Source: Iphione sp. A-MEVVRFRX5
Lineage: Eukaryota
Assembly: GCA_976226885.1 (NCBI GenBank)
Contig: OZ320313.1
Coordinates: forward strand, 159,340,001-159,404,000
Direction of reading: 5' to 3'
DNA: 64,000 nucleotides
Of this stretch, positions 27,901 to 40,787 are shown in pieces; within the stretch, counting starts at the first letter, position 1; each line of letters starts with the position of its first letter. The notes under the pieces are model-generated. The model did not search any database, had not been told where the DNA came from, and saw only the letters and a list, made by a program, of their open reading frames with translations. The position numbers and the translations under genes are program-made.

Positions 27901-30053
27901 TTACGTCGGAAATAAGCACATGCACATGTGTGACAAAAGGTAAAAACTCGATCTGGGTTACCTGGATAACAAGTGATATGATGCACATCAGAATGGTTCT
28001 TCTTATAAAAAGAAATGTTCTTATTTGAGCACCTTTCTTAATAATACTTAATCTTGCTTGATGCAAATCTTGACATTTGAATTCGCTTGCAACTGCCAGG
28101 GGCAAGAAGAAATGTTTGAAGATACGTTTTTTTATGAGAAATAGTTTTTCTCTCTGAGACAAATCAATTTTTCAGTTCATGACGAAAAGCATTTTACTTG
28201 GTAAAAACCCGTAACGAAAAACGAAAATTGAGAAACATTTCACAAGTGAGGTACGAAATTGGAGCACGAATTTGGGCTATAATGGCGGATGAACGAAACC
28301 ATGGGGAAACGTTCAGAAATCTCCTTTGCAGAAAACGAAAGTCCTCTCGGAGCATTTCCACTTTCCATATACGTCTTGCTGACAATGAGCCAACTACATG
28401 TATCCACCATTTGCCGGGATTTGCAGGTGTATATCTAGTAAGCACATGCAGTTTCCCTTTCCATTCAGTCGCGGCCGCTGGCGTTATGGCATGCGTATGG
28501 CAAACTTTGATTATCTCATCTACGTAGCTGTAAGAGCCACGGGCCTTATGGTGAGCTGCTCATTCAACCAGAACCGACTCATATTGCCGGACCCTATGTT
28601 CTAATCGGCATCACTCCCTACCGGTTATATTGGAGAAGCCCCTCAGGTGACATTGACGAATTAATCCCTCCTCCACATGCATCATTAGCCACAAATAAAA
28701 GGCGCGAACCAACACATGAAGGAGGCGCTAATTCTAATTACAGTAGAATTATCATAGAGACAGTACAACTAGCGGCTCGTCCAGCACAACCGTCAGCGTA
28801 ATTAATTTTGATCACTTGCGGTGAGGATGAGTGGCCTGGCTGTCCTTGGAGCGAACACCCAACGGGTCCTGCCGGCTCTAAAGCAGGTTGGCCGTTCTTT
28901 GATTGACGTTCGTCATTCAGGCGTAAGCAATGAAAAGCAGATATTCAATCCACTGTGAAATGATGTCGGTTGAGTTATAGATCGAAATGAAATCATTTGA
29001 GGAAGTTCACTCGTCCGGTAATTTGAGGCCTGCGTTAGTCCAAATATGAAGTGCTTACTCCTTAGGCGTTTCCTCTGAGGGAGCTATTGTCTGCGCACCC
29101 CGTAAGGATGTGCAATCTGACGGAGTAGTATTACTGTCAGGGAATTCGGATATTAGTTGCTGTCAATCTCTCCGTACCCTGGTGAGGTGCCGGGTAGAAT
29201 GTACCACAGACATGCCTCTTTAATGTTATTACAGAGAGGAACGTCAGGGGTATAAACTAGCAAATGTTCGGACATATCAAATTCTGCTTTAAACTTCGAG
29301 ATTCTATAATGTTTTACACTTTGTAATTATTGGATTTTAGAGGGTCTTAAGTCCTTGAATCTTATAATTCAGGAAAAGATAAAAAAACGTGAGATCGCAA
29401 GTGGCTTACATAGAGTCTAGACTATTCGCTCTCCATCAAACTATGCCTTTTAATCCCTGCTCAAGTCCTCATTAGATCCCTTTGAAGGCCTTGACAGTTT
29501 TCCTGAACGGTTTAAGAACAAGGACAGTAAGCCTTTGTGATTCATCGCTAAAATCCTGCCTTCCAAGCCCCTTGTTCTGCCTTCGTTCGGCATTAATTAT
29601 CACTCTCCCCTTCGAAAGAAAATAGTTCTTCTTTCCATTAACCAAATCGTCGAAATTTCCAGTTGCTACTTCGAATAGGACGGTCCTCATTTCGGGCGCC
29701 ATTGACTTAATTTGATTCATTACAATCCCTTTGTTTTTTCACGAGATAATTATACAAATGCAAGAAATGAAAGAAAATTGATATGAAACCATTTTTTTCT
29801 CAACGGAACAGATTTTGTTTTCCATGTGGTAATTACCCGCAGATTATCAATATCATTATATCGACTTGCGTTGGAATATTCCACTGTCACGCACAGGATC
29901 AGAAGTACAAGCTATCATCCGCTCTCAACCATTACAGTGTACTACTGTCAGGTCGATGGTATTGATGCTGAGCGCATGGTGTAGTATGGCCGTGTTCATG
30001 GTTGGGTGTTTACAACCAGACTCGTATGTTCCACCGGCTTTCCACCTTCCCAT

Positions 30054-30087
30054 GGGGTTGGGGGGGCTGCGGGGGGGGCGGGGGGGG
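30054..30087 (+). other. G-quadruplex-forming tract
   Basis: G4-TT-G7-CTGC-G8-C-G8. Confidence 0.7.
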
Positions 30088-30737
30088 TTGAAGGTGAGGC
30101 AGCATATAGCGCACCTAACGGCGGCGCATGGAATCATAATTGTCGATCCTGTGCACGGTTCGCCCATACAAAACTACAGCGGCCTTACCGCAGCTTGGGC
30201 TGTTGCCATAGCAACGATGATGAATTGTCCATTAGCGACGCGTGCTACATACTTTCTGGTGATGGCGTGTAAACAAGTCGGAGGACAGTGGTGGCAAGCC
30301 CAGTGCAGGCATCCCCCCGGCCGACAGCGCTTTAAAAAAGGATCGAACAGCGACTCTGTTTGTTTTTAACTTGGCTGTTAGATTGAGATGAAAACCAGCG
30401 CGGGCACAAGGGGGCGGCAGGAGCAACAGCGCGCCGAATGCGTGGGAAAACCTTGTCATCCACGGTAATGATGCCGCAGATGGTGCCAAGCACGATGACA
30501 GTTACCATGGCAACCTTGCGTGTCGCCATGCTGTTCCTAAAATGGCGACCTGCGAGACGAGACCCACGGAGGGAGGCGTCCTGGCGAGCCTACCTTGTGG
30601 GGGAGTGTGGAGGGGTGTCAACCGTGGACAGTGTGTGTGCAGAAGGGGATGGGGGGGCGGGGGTCTGCTGGAGGTGGCGGACCCTTCAGACGCTGGATGT
30701 CGCAGGGGGATGCAGGTGAGCAGAAATACGCTACCGG

Positions 30738-30873
30738 NNNNNNNNNNNNNNNNNNNNNNNNNNNNNNNNNNNNNNNNNNNNNNNNNNNNNNNNNNNNNNN
30801 NNNNNNNNNNNNNNNNNNNNNNNNNNNNNNNNNNNNNNNNNNNNNNNNNNNNNNNNNNNNNNNNNNNNNNNNN
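30738..30873. other. Assembly gap (136 N)
   Basis: Run of N counted across the lines. ORFs spanning it in the supplied track are artefacts. Confidence 0.99.
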
Positions 30874-33800
30874 TGGTTGACTTTACTGATAAAGTGTACC
30901 CCATGGTCCAGTGTTTCCCCTCAGGTTTTTCCACCTATCGTGTAAGGGCACTAGCGGTCTAACCTTCAGGAGGAAAGGGTTTAGTCGCGCATCCTCCTCC
31001 ACCCACAACCCCATCCCTTGGGCAGACAGAACCGCGAGTCTCCAATCACTGATAATAGGTAGAAGGCGCCAGGTCTTCGGGGTACAGGAAGGGAAGAGGG
31101 AAAAATGTAAATGCTAACGTGCGGCTTGCTGATAGGCAGGGGCCACCGGGCACCTGTCACATGCACTAAGGGCCGATTACGGTCTCCCCGACAAAGGTCG
31201 GGGGTGGGAGTTGCTCCTGCAGCCCTGCAAGACCCTCGGGTTGCGCAGGGGGCAGGCTTAGGCTGGAGCGAATCCTGATTATTTCTCTGCAGAGAACTGG
31301 CTTCTCTCACGATAAAGATTTTCTATCAAACCAGGCAAATGTGCTTCACTATTCGGGCAGAAATGATAAGCTATTGATAGTTTCGAGGACAACCCCGGCG
31401 TCACTTCCGATCGTAAACAACAGTAACTGACCCAAATGGCTCAAATGCCTTCCCATAAAACCCTGTACTTTTAAGCATATTTTATTTGCAGACCCACTAG
31501 TTCAAAGTGACAGTCTTTGTGAAGGCGAAATATCAGCATTTCTGTAGAAGCTGTCTCTCACACACAAAAAAATGTATTTTTTGATCCGGTAAGAGCTGTG
31601 TGTGCACCATTGTGGGCATTTTCATTCTTCTACGTGAATACTTGTCCAGACTGTCACCAGTGAATGACTGTCTGCCTGTCTATCATGCCGTCTAACTCCG
31701 GTCTGCCAAAAGAAACTTTATTGTATCCTGCGGTAGAGTATCCGACATTATCAACCCCTTCTGCTTCAAATGCTAGGAGTCTGTCAATCTTCTGTCTGGC
31801 GGTTGTGGTAGGGGCATCCTACTGTTGTGTGGGGACTGCTGTGGGCTGGTGGTTCAGAGGGGTTCCTGTGGTGCGATTGGTGCCCGTCGAAGGGAGCAGT
31901 GGCGGCCCACCACGGCGTTGGGGCATGAATAATGAACATTGTTCATGTTGGCCCGCAGGGGAGGTTAGCAGACATCAAAGACGTCCTGCTGGGAACCTCA
32001 GCCCCCTGCCCGCCTGCCCAGCAAGCCAGCCCCTGCCCTGTCCCTCCCCATGGTGCCTATCGATCAGCCCTACCTCACCCATCGACCAGCACTCCTTCCC
32101 TTGTCTTGGCCCTTTCCCTGACTTATCTCAAGTTATTTTATCTTAACATACCGACATTACTCCACTCCAGGTTTTTACCTCGTATGAATGCCTTCACACT
32201 ATATAGTGCGTTTACACTTTCGTATTCGATGCAATGACATATTTTCGTCGTAATGATGATCTCTTTGGAAAACTGACCCCCCTGCTATACAGTGCCCGTT
32301 CATTCATACTAATTTACGTTTGTTAAATGCAGGAGCTAATTGGTAGTTCTTCATATAAAAAAAGATTGTGGATGATGGTCCAGAGCTTGTGCGCAGCACG
32401 CCCCATGCCGAATAAAATCAATATGATCCTTAGCTAAGGCTTATAAATACACCTGATCAAATCTGGCTGCCATATCACATGTCATGAAAGCAGATGAGTC
32501 CCTAATCAATACGAATACAAACATGGCTGTAATTTCAAAGCAGACTACACGGAGCGATGATGTTTAATTTTAGCAGCACGAGTTCGTATACTCAAAGGTA
32601 TGATGATTCAAATATGGATGCATAAAGTATAAATAGATCCATGTGCTCTTGTCATACGGTAATTGTAGTCCGTGTGACTTGTTGGCTTGGGCGAGCTGGG
32701 AGGTGATTACTTCAAGGTGCCCTTGTCGTGCCAGGAAGTGTGGATGCTTCCAGGCTAACGCTCTGGCGCTCGCCACATCCTTGAGGAGCACACTGAGCAT
32801 TTTCCACCAGGCGCACTTGTAACGACTGCCGACCTCGTCTTGTGTTATCTCTGCATTATCTATTCAACAGGTAATCAAGTATTCCCTCAGACTAAAGTCT
32901 TGCCGCTCGCCGATGGCAGATTCATATTTGGATAACAATGTTGAGCGATCAATAGTTTGCCACTTTATGCTGGCTGCACTTCGAGCGCATATGTTTACTC
33001 TGCGTTAAATATTCACAGAAAACAGTCCCGCCACAGAGAATTTTAATCTAAAAGCGGTCCTTTTCTTGACACTCCTGACGGCACTGGTGTTATTCTATCT
33101 GGGAAAAAAGATTCCGCCCACCTGTTGTCTGCACTCTGGAAGTGGTGAAAATCGATTAGCTAGTTAAAAAAGTAATTATAACAAAACATCTGCGTATTGC
33201 CCCTCTGTTGACAAGCATAATTCGACCATAAACGAACATGTTTTGTTTTTCTCCGGCGCCAATATTCACCCTGCGTGTAGTTTCAATGTGCTCTTACCGG
33301 ACACAATGGGAACCCTAACTGAATCACCCTCGGCAATAATACCCATGGAAATTGCTGTGTTTTTCGTACAAAACTTACTGCCTTTCATGCAGTGCCACTG
33401 GCAAATTGCCAGGGTAAAATGCACGTCTTTATAGTACTTACGCTCTATACGTTATCTGCCTTAAACATAATCTGTTCGGAACCTATGTTTAAATGAGCAC
33501 CCATTTCTTATGTTTCCTTCCAAGAAAGCCATTTCATCTTCTATGAAGTTCCCACCCCATCATATTAATCGTATTTAATGAATTATGACAGAGTGTCATT
33601 AGATTTCCCTCTCGCTTCCCCCATTTACAACACAGTGATAGAGTCCTTTGGAATGGGCGCTGATCATGTCCAATGCAGAATGCTTAGGTGCCCATTGTGC
33701 GCTCCACAGGTAAGGACATGTTGGTGATGAAGGCCATTATTTGTAGGAGTTAACCAAGATGCGACGGGCGAAGAAAAAAAAACAGTGAAGCAGGAGCAAT

Positions 33801-34056
33801 GAAGGCTGACGATTCCGCATCAGCAATAGGCGCGATCTGTGACGTCTGGGAATTAGTCGTTATCCTATCAGTCGCAGATTGCCAAATTAGCAGGAATTAC
33901 GGCAGAACTCATTTCAGCAGCGATCATTAGCAGGTCCCAACGCAAACAATGATGCTAATTAACACGCGAGCCCACCGAGACACAGACCGAACGCCAGCGC
34001 GATCATCAAACTTGGGAGAGGAATTTGACAATCAAAAGTTAGCTAAAATGTCTCCT

Positions 34057-34110
34057 CCTACTGCTCCTCCACCTCCTCCTCCGCCGGCACCACCACCGAC
34101 CGACCCTCTC
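34057..34110 (+). repeat. Low-complexity (CCT/CCA/CCCT)n tract
   Basis: cctactgctcctccacctcctcctccgccggcaccaccacc...ccctctcccctcccctccctcccc. This explains the poly-Pro in ORF 33949-34173. Confidence 0.7.
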
Positions 34111-34475
34111 CCCTCCCCTCCCTCCCCTAATTCCACCAAGCGCTTACCCCATGTCGTTAAACATGAGCGATAACATTTCATTTGGTGATTTCAGCCACAA
34201 TGTTAATTAACGAAGAGCTTCATTTCTCATTATCGGAACAACTCCTTGGAGGAGATAGCGGGGCCCGGCAGGTTTTGATAGATTGGGAGAGTACGTCCTG
34301 TCGCAGCGTTTCATCCTACTGCAATCACCAAAGCTGGATTCAAACATTATAAATAAGGTAAATCCTTTCTTGCCGTTTCCAGTTTGAAAGTAGAGTATAA
34401 AAGACCGCAGTGTGTTGTTGTGAACTTCTATACGTATTAGCATATCCTGGCAACGTAAGTACCACTCAATATGTA

Positions 34476-34586
34476 TACAGTGGTTACTCCAAAACCGAAC
34501 ACCCAAAAACCGAATTTTCCCAAATCCGAACAGTATTTCTGGGTACCAAAGCTTTTTCTGTAGTTAGTTTTGGAATTCTCTCTGTA
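34476..34586. mobile_element. Short TA-flanked MITE (107 bp), pogo/Tigger-like, with subterminal CCAAAxCCGAA repeats
   Basis: Left end TATA|CAG and right end CTG|TATA. The arms tacagtggttactccaaaac and (rc) tacagagagaattccaaaac match at 15/20. Three copies of ccaaa(a/aa/t)ccgaa lie at 34489, 34503 and 34520, resembling the repeated CCGAA layout of Tigger4/MER46-type ends. Confidence 0.5.
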
Positions 34587-35449
34587 TATTCTAATCGTAC
34601 GAACTTGAAAAAATATCATATACTTATTACCGAAAACAAACACTTAAAAATAGTGTTTTAAACAGGGTTCAAAGCAGTAATGGGGCCAATATGCAAGTTA
34701 CCGACACACGCCTAAAAAGAATATAAAGAATTGTTTACGGGCGCCTTTTAAAACGATAAGCCTACAAGGTCGGGGTCTGGGTTCGGCCCACCGATGAAGT
34801 GGCTCGTACGATGGCCGATTGATCAACTGACGTGATGAGCGATGACTAGTGGCATATGGCAAAGCTTAGTGCCGACTGGTCATTGATTCCCCCTGCTGGG
34901 GCGTCGACGAGCGGCAACCAGAACCCCAAAGCAGGCTGCCCCAGGCTATATATGGACCTTACCAATGAACCCCTTTTCAACACCTTTTCATCTTTCGTTG
35001 GGTAGCTACTTCTCTATTGATGCCGTAGGGTTTCGAGCACCGGACACACGTTTTCGGTGATGAAAGCGAAATACATTTTCTTTGCTTGCTTGTGCATTAT
35101 AGTCGAAAATATTGCAGTACTGTCTTTAAAATGACAGAGGAAGTGGTTGTGATTATTCTAATATTTACATCGATTGAAAAGAATTCCAATGAGCTGACCT
35201 TTGTGGCCAGTGTTAAGAACCAGCAATTTTCTTAAGAGGAAATTGTGAATTGAAATATTGGTTTTCGGAGATCTCTTGGGTGCCTCCAATAAAAGGCACG
35301 GCTGGAATTCTTCAGTAATCACGCTTCTTGGCCAGTTAACGAATTTGTGGTTTTATTACACTCCTTTCTTTGACCTTCAATAAATAACTTTGGCGTTCTG
35401 TAAATAACATCCAGGCGGGCGTTGCATGTAAACTGCACGCCTTATTTAA

Positions 35450-35725
35450 GTCACACACTAAGATCGTACTGCAGGCGCGTAAAACAGAGTTATGGACAGG
35501 AGGACACGAGATTGTCGTCCTGGTTGTCGACGCTTCAACATTAGCAATTTTCTTCGCGCTTATTGGATGGAAATGCAGTCGCCCACATCCGGCGCCGGCC
35601 TGTTGCTGGGCATGTCGTGATATCAAGGTGTAAGGCAGGGCTGCCGCGGAGAGGAATAAAACAAATCTCGACAGGAAGTCGCCATCCGCGTCTGGATCCC
35701 GGTAGAGGGAGCCGCAGACTACCAT
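35450..35725 (-). pseudogene. Possible decayed APE endonuclease domain of a CR1/L2-type LINE
   Basis: MVVCGSLYRDPDADGDFLSRFVLFLS resembles xxGxxYRPP...FLxxL, and TTRTT lies 60 codons later where PTR is expected. The GDFN and SDH motifs are not preserved. Confidence 0.25.
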
Positions 35726-38700
35726 ATGAGGGCGCCACCGGTTCAGGGCAGACACGCTGTGGGTGGCCCTGGCGATTCGGGTTGCCATGAAGTTGAGGGA
35801 GACCAGTCAGTGTGGATTATTGGTCAGCTTGGCCAGTGGGCGAAACGCAGAGGGTGTATGGCAGTCCTGACAGGCGGAGCAGCCCCCCCCCCCCAGCTCC
35901 TCTCTGCCCACTTCAAACCCAGTGCCTCTCCTTTTTACTTGGCCCAAACCCGGTCATCCTACCCCAGCCTTTCCCCTGCGGCAGGACACAAGGATCAATC
36001 TCTATCTCTCCACCGCCAGCAGAGTCACCGTGAATGACCTACATAGATGGAATTCGCCCACAGTCGGAGTGAGGATGCCAAAAAGAGTGGAAACAGAAAC
36101 AGAAAGATGGATGAAAAAACGGTCCGAGATCATAAGGACGGGTTTCGTGGTGCGTGCCACTGTTAAAAGGGGTTATTCGCATGCTATGGTAACATTTTAT
36201 CCGGCTTTGTGAAAAAGTGCTTGTCTTTTCGACATTCACTGGCAGTACAGTATCGTACTCTGAAGTCCTAAGGGATTCCATCTTTTTGCTATTCTGATAG
36301 TACTGTTAAAAGTGGATATTACCTCAATTTCACCCTCATTCCATACGCATTGATGCAGTTTTTATAGTACACAGAATGGCCGACAATTTCTCACACACGT
36401 GCGTGTACTACCCATTAAAAACTGGCACTGTGTGAGGGACATGCGTGGCCATATCACTATGTAATACAAACTTGCAGCATATCGCATATCTCCACCCGAG
36501 ATGAGACGGTGAGAATTATAGAAAGCCCTCCCTTGTAGATCAATCCACTTATAAAGATAGTAGCTGCTATTGGTGCGATGGCAGTAGCATTGGCTGGCAA
36601 TAGCACACTCAGTTGTTAGTTGGGCGGCGGGTAAAGGCGCTCCTATAGACTATGATGGATGGAAAAGCCCGAGTCCCTCTATCAAGTGCAACCGACAAGT
36701 TCAATAGGCAATGAAGACGGTGGGGCTGAGGCAAGAGGAGATGCCATTGACAGAGCACCTCATCGATGAATTATTCACCCCAGGCCCAAGCAACATTACT
36801 GACCCATATATCAGTCAGAACCGATCAGGCCCATTACTCTATTTGACTTTGAACAAGAGGAATGCCTCCAAATAATTTTTTTTAAAAACCGACTCTGCCC
36901 CTTCGACGGAATGAAATATAGAGCTGCGCAGCCCAACGTGACCGTATGACGTATTAATACTCGTACAGCTTTTCCTTCGCATCTTGCTGTGCCGCGATCT
37001 GGCGCTTTCTACTCTTATACGAACATTTCTTGCTTTGAATACCGGTCTGCTCTCTCAAGATCACGTGGCTGGATGTGATTTGTTATGCTGCCAGCGCGGC
37101 GTCATAATACCGGAAACAAGGCGGCGTTTTGTCGCTTGTCTTTTTTTTTCGGTGTCGTTCGTGAAATGAACATGAATCTAGGCTAGCGTCAGACGGGGCA
37201 AGACTATTTATTTATTGTCAGGGAAATGATACATTGTGTGTCTCAAGCACGAAACAAAAAAAATAAGCATTGCCTGTATATTTAAAACCACAATATGATT
37301 GCACAAACGCGATACCAAGGATGTGAGCGTTGAAATGCCATAAGTACATGTATAGGCATAAATACACCTGTCTTCGTAAAGTGATGATGGGGAGAAAGCC
37401 GATTCTCAAGTGATTCAGTATGAATGAATATAGATGGATTTAGACTCAGATATGGATATGGATTGATGTAGCGACATAGAGTGACAACGTCTACAACTGT
37501 CGTACAACAGACGAAAGGCAAATCATTTCTGTGCAGGCAGTCTAAACATGCCAAGACCAACAGCAGAAAGACGGAGGAAGGAACGTCAAGGAGACGAGGA
37601 TGTGCAAAAGGGGTGTTATTCAACACGGCACCTGGGAGCGGCAGACCATATGCCACCCATTTAACGTTCATTTTAATGGAGGTAAGCCTTCAGGTGCAGG
37701 CGACAAGTCGTCCGAGAGTAGGCGTTGTTGCATGCGTTTGGCGCCTTCCTGCCAACTGTGTGTTTCCGCCAGTCAAGCAGGCGTCGCTCGATGGGCTTTT
37801 GGCCAAGGGAGGCGGGCAGCGGTGGGCTGGAGGTGGGCACAGGTTGAGGCTGGAGAGTGGCCGGTGGCTGCAAGGGGCGGCATGTGGCAGGTGGCACGTT
37901 GAGATTTGGCCAGCTTTCATTAGCAGTGGCACGACCGGTCTACCTGTCCACCGCATTGCCACCCGGCGATTTAGGGATGCGGTCGATAATGGAGGCATTC
38001 GCTGCATCACAGCGTTACCTTCCGCACCGTTTGCATGAGAGAGATTGCAGCATGATAGGTTAACACCATTTCTATGTAGGAAAATATTCAATAATTTATT
38101 TCAGATTCAAGGTTTCTCCCATTAAATCGCAAAAATACGTTATCATCCCTTCATAGTGGAAACACCATCTGAACTTTAAAACTAATCGAAACATTAAGAG
38201 TAATGATAAGGGTCCTGATTTACGTCTGAACTTGATTGTCGGTTTTAAGGACTTCACAAAGCAGCTCTATCTGAACTTCGTTCACAGGTCAGAATCTAGT
38301 TATGTAGAGATGTCCGTTTAGGTCTGTAAGTAGACGGATTGTCAAAATAAAAGAAATAAAAAATGTAGTCGGCTGTCCTATTATGTATTTCATATAGATA
38401 TAGACTGATGATGCCTCGCGACGTCGTCTATTCACAGGTATGCTAATGCTCAATTCATTCCCGCCTAAGTCATTTGGCTGATGGAGATGGGACATACTGC
38501 CTGACGCTCAACTTTCCTGATTGATAAGAATCTAGGTCAGGCTTTACTGATAGCGTCACCATTGAATTCATCCCTCATCATTATTATTCTATCCACCTCG
38601 GAAGAGGGGCCTGGCGCCAGGTCGACCGCTGCTGATTTATCTTGGGCTAAATGTTCCAAATTACCATTTCAGAACCTGCCGCAGGAGCTGCTGCGAAAGC

Positions 38701-39377
38701 CGCTTGCTTGCACACCGCCAGGCTGTGGGAGAGGCTAATGGGTGCGGCGTGGCCGCGGTCTGGCCGCAGTTTTCCAGGAGAACGGGCAGAGTGATGGCAG
38801 TTTTCACTGAACTAGATTGCTATAGCAACAGGCCTGAGGGACTCACGCCAAGGCAAGGCGATAGACGACAGTGCAAGGAGAAGCTCACGATTAAGGGTGG
38901 GGGGGGGTGGGGTTGGCGGTATAAGGGGAAAGGAGTAGTGGGTCGTCCGGCGGGGGGGGGGGGGCAGCGATTCGGCTGCCCGTGCCATGGTGAGGGAGGC
39001 ACACGTCGGCAGGAACACGGCCCTACATCACGGTCGTGCCTTGGACATACGGAGTCAGATCGATCACCGGGGGCTCTTGTTGACGAGCGAGCGGCCGGGT
39101 CCGTTTGGACAGAGCCCCTCCGCTTCGTCCAGGCCCTGTACACTGTATACCAGGGCGGTGTGCTCGCCGGTTGCTTGAGAGGTTCTTAACAAAGTCGGTC
39201 CGCTTACTTGGCTGCCTTTACGCACATGTCCTCGTCCCCTTGGCCTATTCGCCTACATCCTCCTTGTGGCGTTTCGGGGACTTCACTTTACACGCTCCTT
39301 GACTTCTCAAAACTAGGGATGAATTGCTCCCTGGCCTTAGCAGTGCTGACTCGGCCTCCTGTCGCAGCTCATCCTGC

Positions 39378-39396
39378 GGGCGGGTGGGCGGGCGGG
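39378..39396 (+). other. G-quadruplex motif, five G3 runs with 1-nt loops
   Basis: gggcgggtgggcgggcggg. Confidence 0.7.
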
Positions 39397-40750
39397 CGGC
39401 CTCCCTTCGGCCACTGGTCAATAAGGGGCTCTGGTAGTGTTACCAGATCCGGGGTCACAATACCCAGGTCTCAGCTGGGCAATTTCCAACGTGGCGATGG
39501 TCCGACCGGTCGTCGAATCAGGAAGGCAAAGACTCCCAAATTGACCAATCTACCGTGCGGCTGACCATGTAACATTCAATCCTCGTGCAGAACGCTTGAT
39601 CCGGATCGGTTGCCGTCGGACTGACGACCCTACCATAATGAGGACGCGTCTCTGCTTGCTGTCACCGTGTCTGAAACACACCGCTAATGCATCACTCCAA
39701 ACATCGACAACTGACACCCGCAGCGTATCTTCCGGTTAATAAAGCATTAAGGAATTGGGGATTCAAACAATCGTTCTCAGCATTAAATCTTCACTCGTAC
39801 TCCTGGGAGCAGGCCTTCATGTGGTTCGTGCAATCACGGCGCCGGACCAACTCACTATCAATGTCTCCCTGAATGTGAAAACCACTATAGATGCTCTCTA
39901 TGTGCTTACTCGCGAAGATAAAAAAGGGGAAAAACGGTATATGACAGATTGCAGTTGGCTTATGCCAATCTCGCCCTCAGAGTGGGCCGAGGCATTCATG
40001 TCAGGGGAAATTCCGTTGGGGCCACTGATCGGTTAATTACTAGCAGGAACTGACTGACAGTCAGGTGACAGGAAGTCGCCCGAAACAGCACCCAGGTTTG
40101 TTTCAGCTAGTTGAAGGTACTGACCGTGGGTGGCTCCGTTGCTGGCGTTGGCTTTCAACACGAGAGAGGGACGGATGGGTACATTGAGTAGGCCTACTTT
40201 AATTGTGTCTGTGGCCTCCGCACACCGCTAGTTATCTGCCAGGTGAATGGAAAGCACCTTACCCCCTTGTAGCATTTCGATAGTGAAAAATCATACGCAA
40301 TCCTCCAGACATAAATGAGGATTATGATTGTTATTTTTCAGGGCATAAGGCTAAGGACACCACCACCTTTCTTCGCATTTGAGCAGGGTTCCTATAGTAT
40401 CTGACAAATATAATCAGACAGGTGCCCTTTAGGAACGAGATATGGCGGCACTTGCAATTAGGAGCGTGCAATTAGAACCTAGGAAGTGTGGCAAACCTAA
40501 TACCCGTCAACTATCACAACGATGGTTGCTGTTGGTTCAGCCCTCCAGATGACAGCACTGATGAGACGTCATTGTCAGGCGATATGGGGCTCTTGATGGC
40601 AGATTGCATAGTCATTGCGAGCAGCTCGTTGCCAAGTGAGCAGCTCGGCAACACGGCGATGTACTGGTGTATGAAGATGTACTGAACCGACACTCTCCAA
40701 ACCTCCCATCGGGAACTTAGCTGCTGGGGTGTACCACGCAGTAACACACC

Positions 40751-40787
40751 CATATGTTTCATATAACAACATATGTTTCATATAACA
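40751..40787 (+). repeat. Short tandem duplication, period 19 bp
   Basis: catatgtttcatataaca occurs twice exactly, separated by one base. Confidence 0.9.

Noticed and set aside
27509-28527. Cluster of 80-110 aa ORFs with protein-like composition
   Set aside because: They overlap on both strands, have stops just upstream, and show no recognisable domain or splice framing.
29136-29165. ttcggatatt shared with the right arm of the 1687 element
   Set aside because: No left arm and no TA terminus. A 10-mer match is expected by chance.
29652-29702. MAPEMRTVLFEVATGNF, like kinase subdomains VIII-IX
   Set aside because: The DxWSxG segment between the motifs is missing and no other kinase motifs are nearby.
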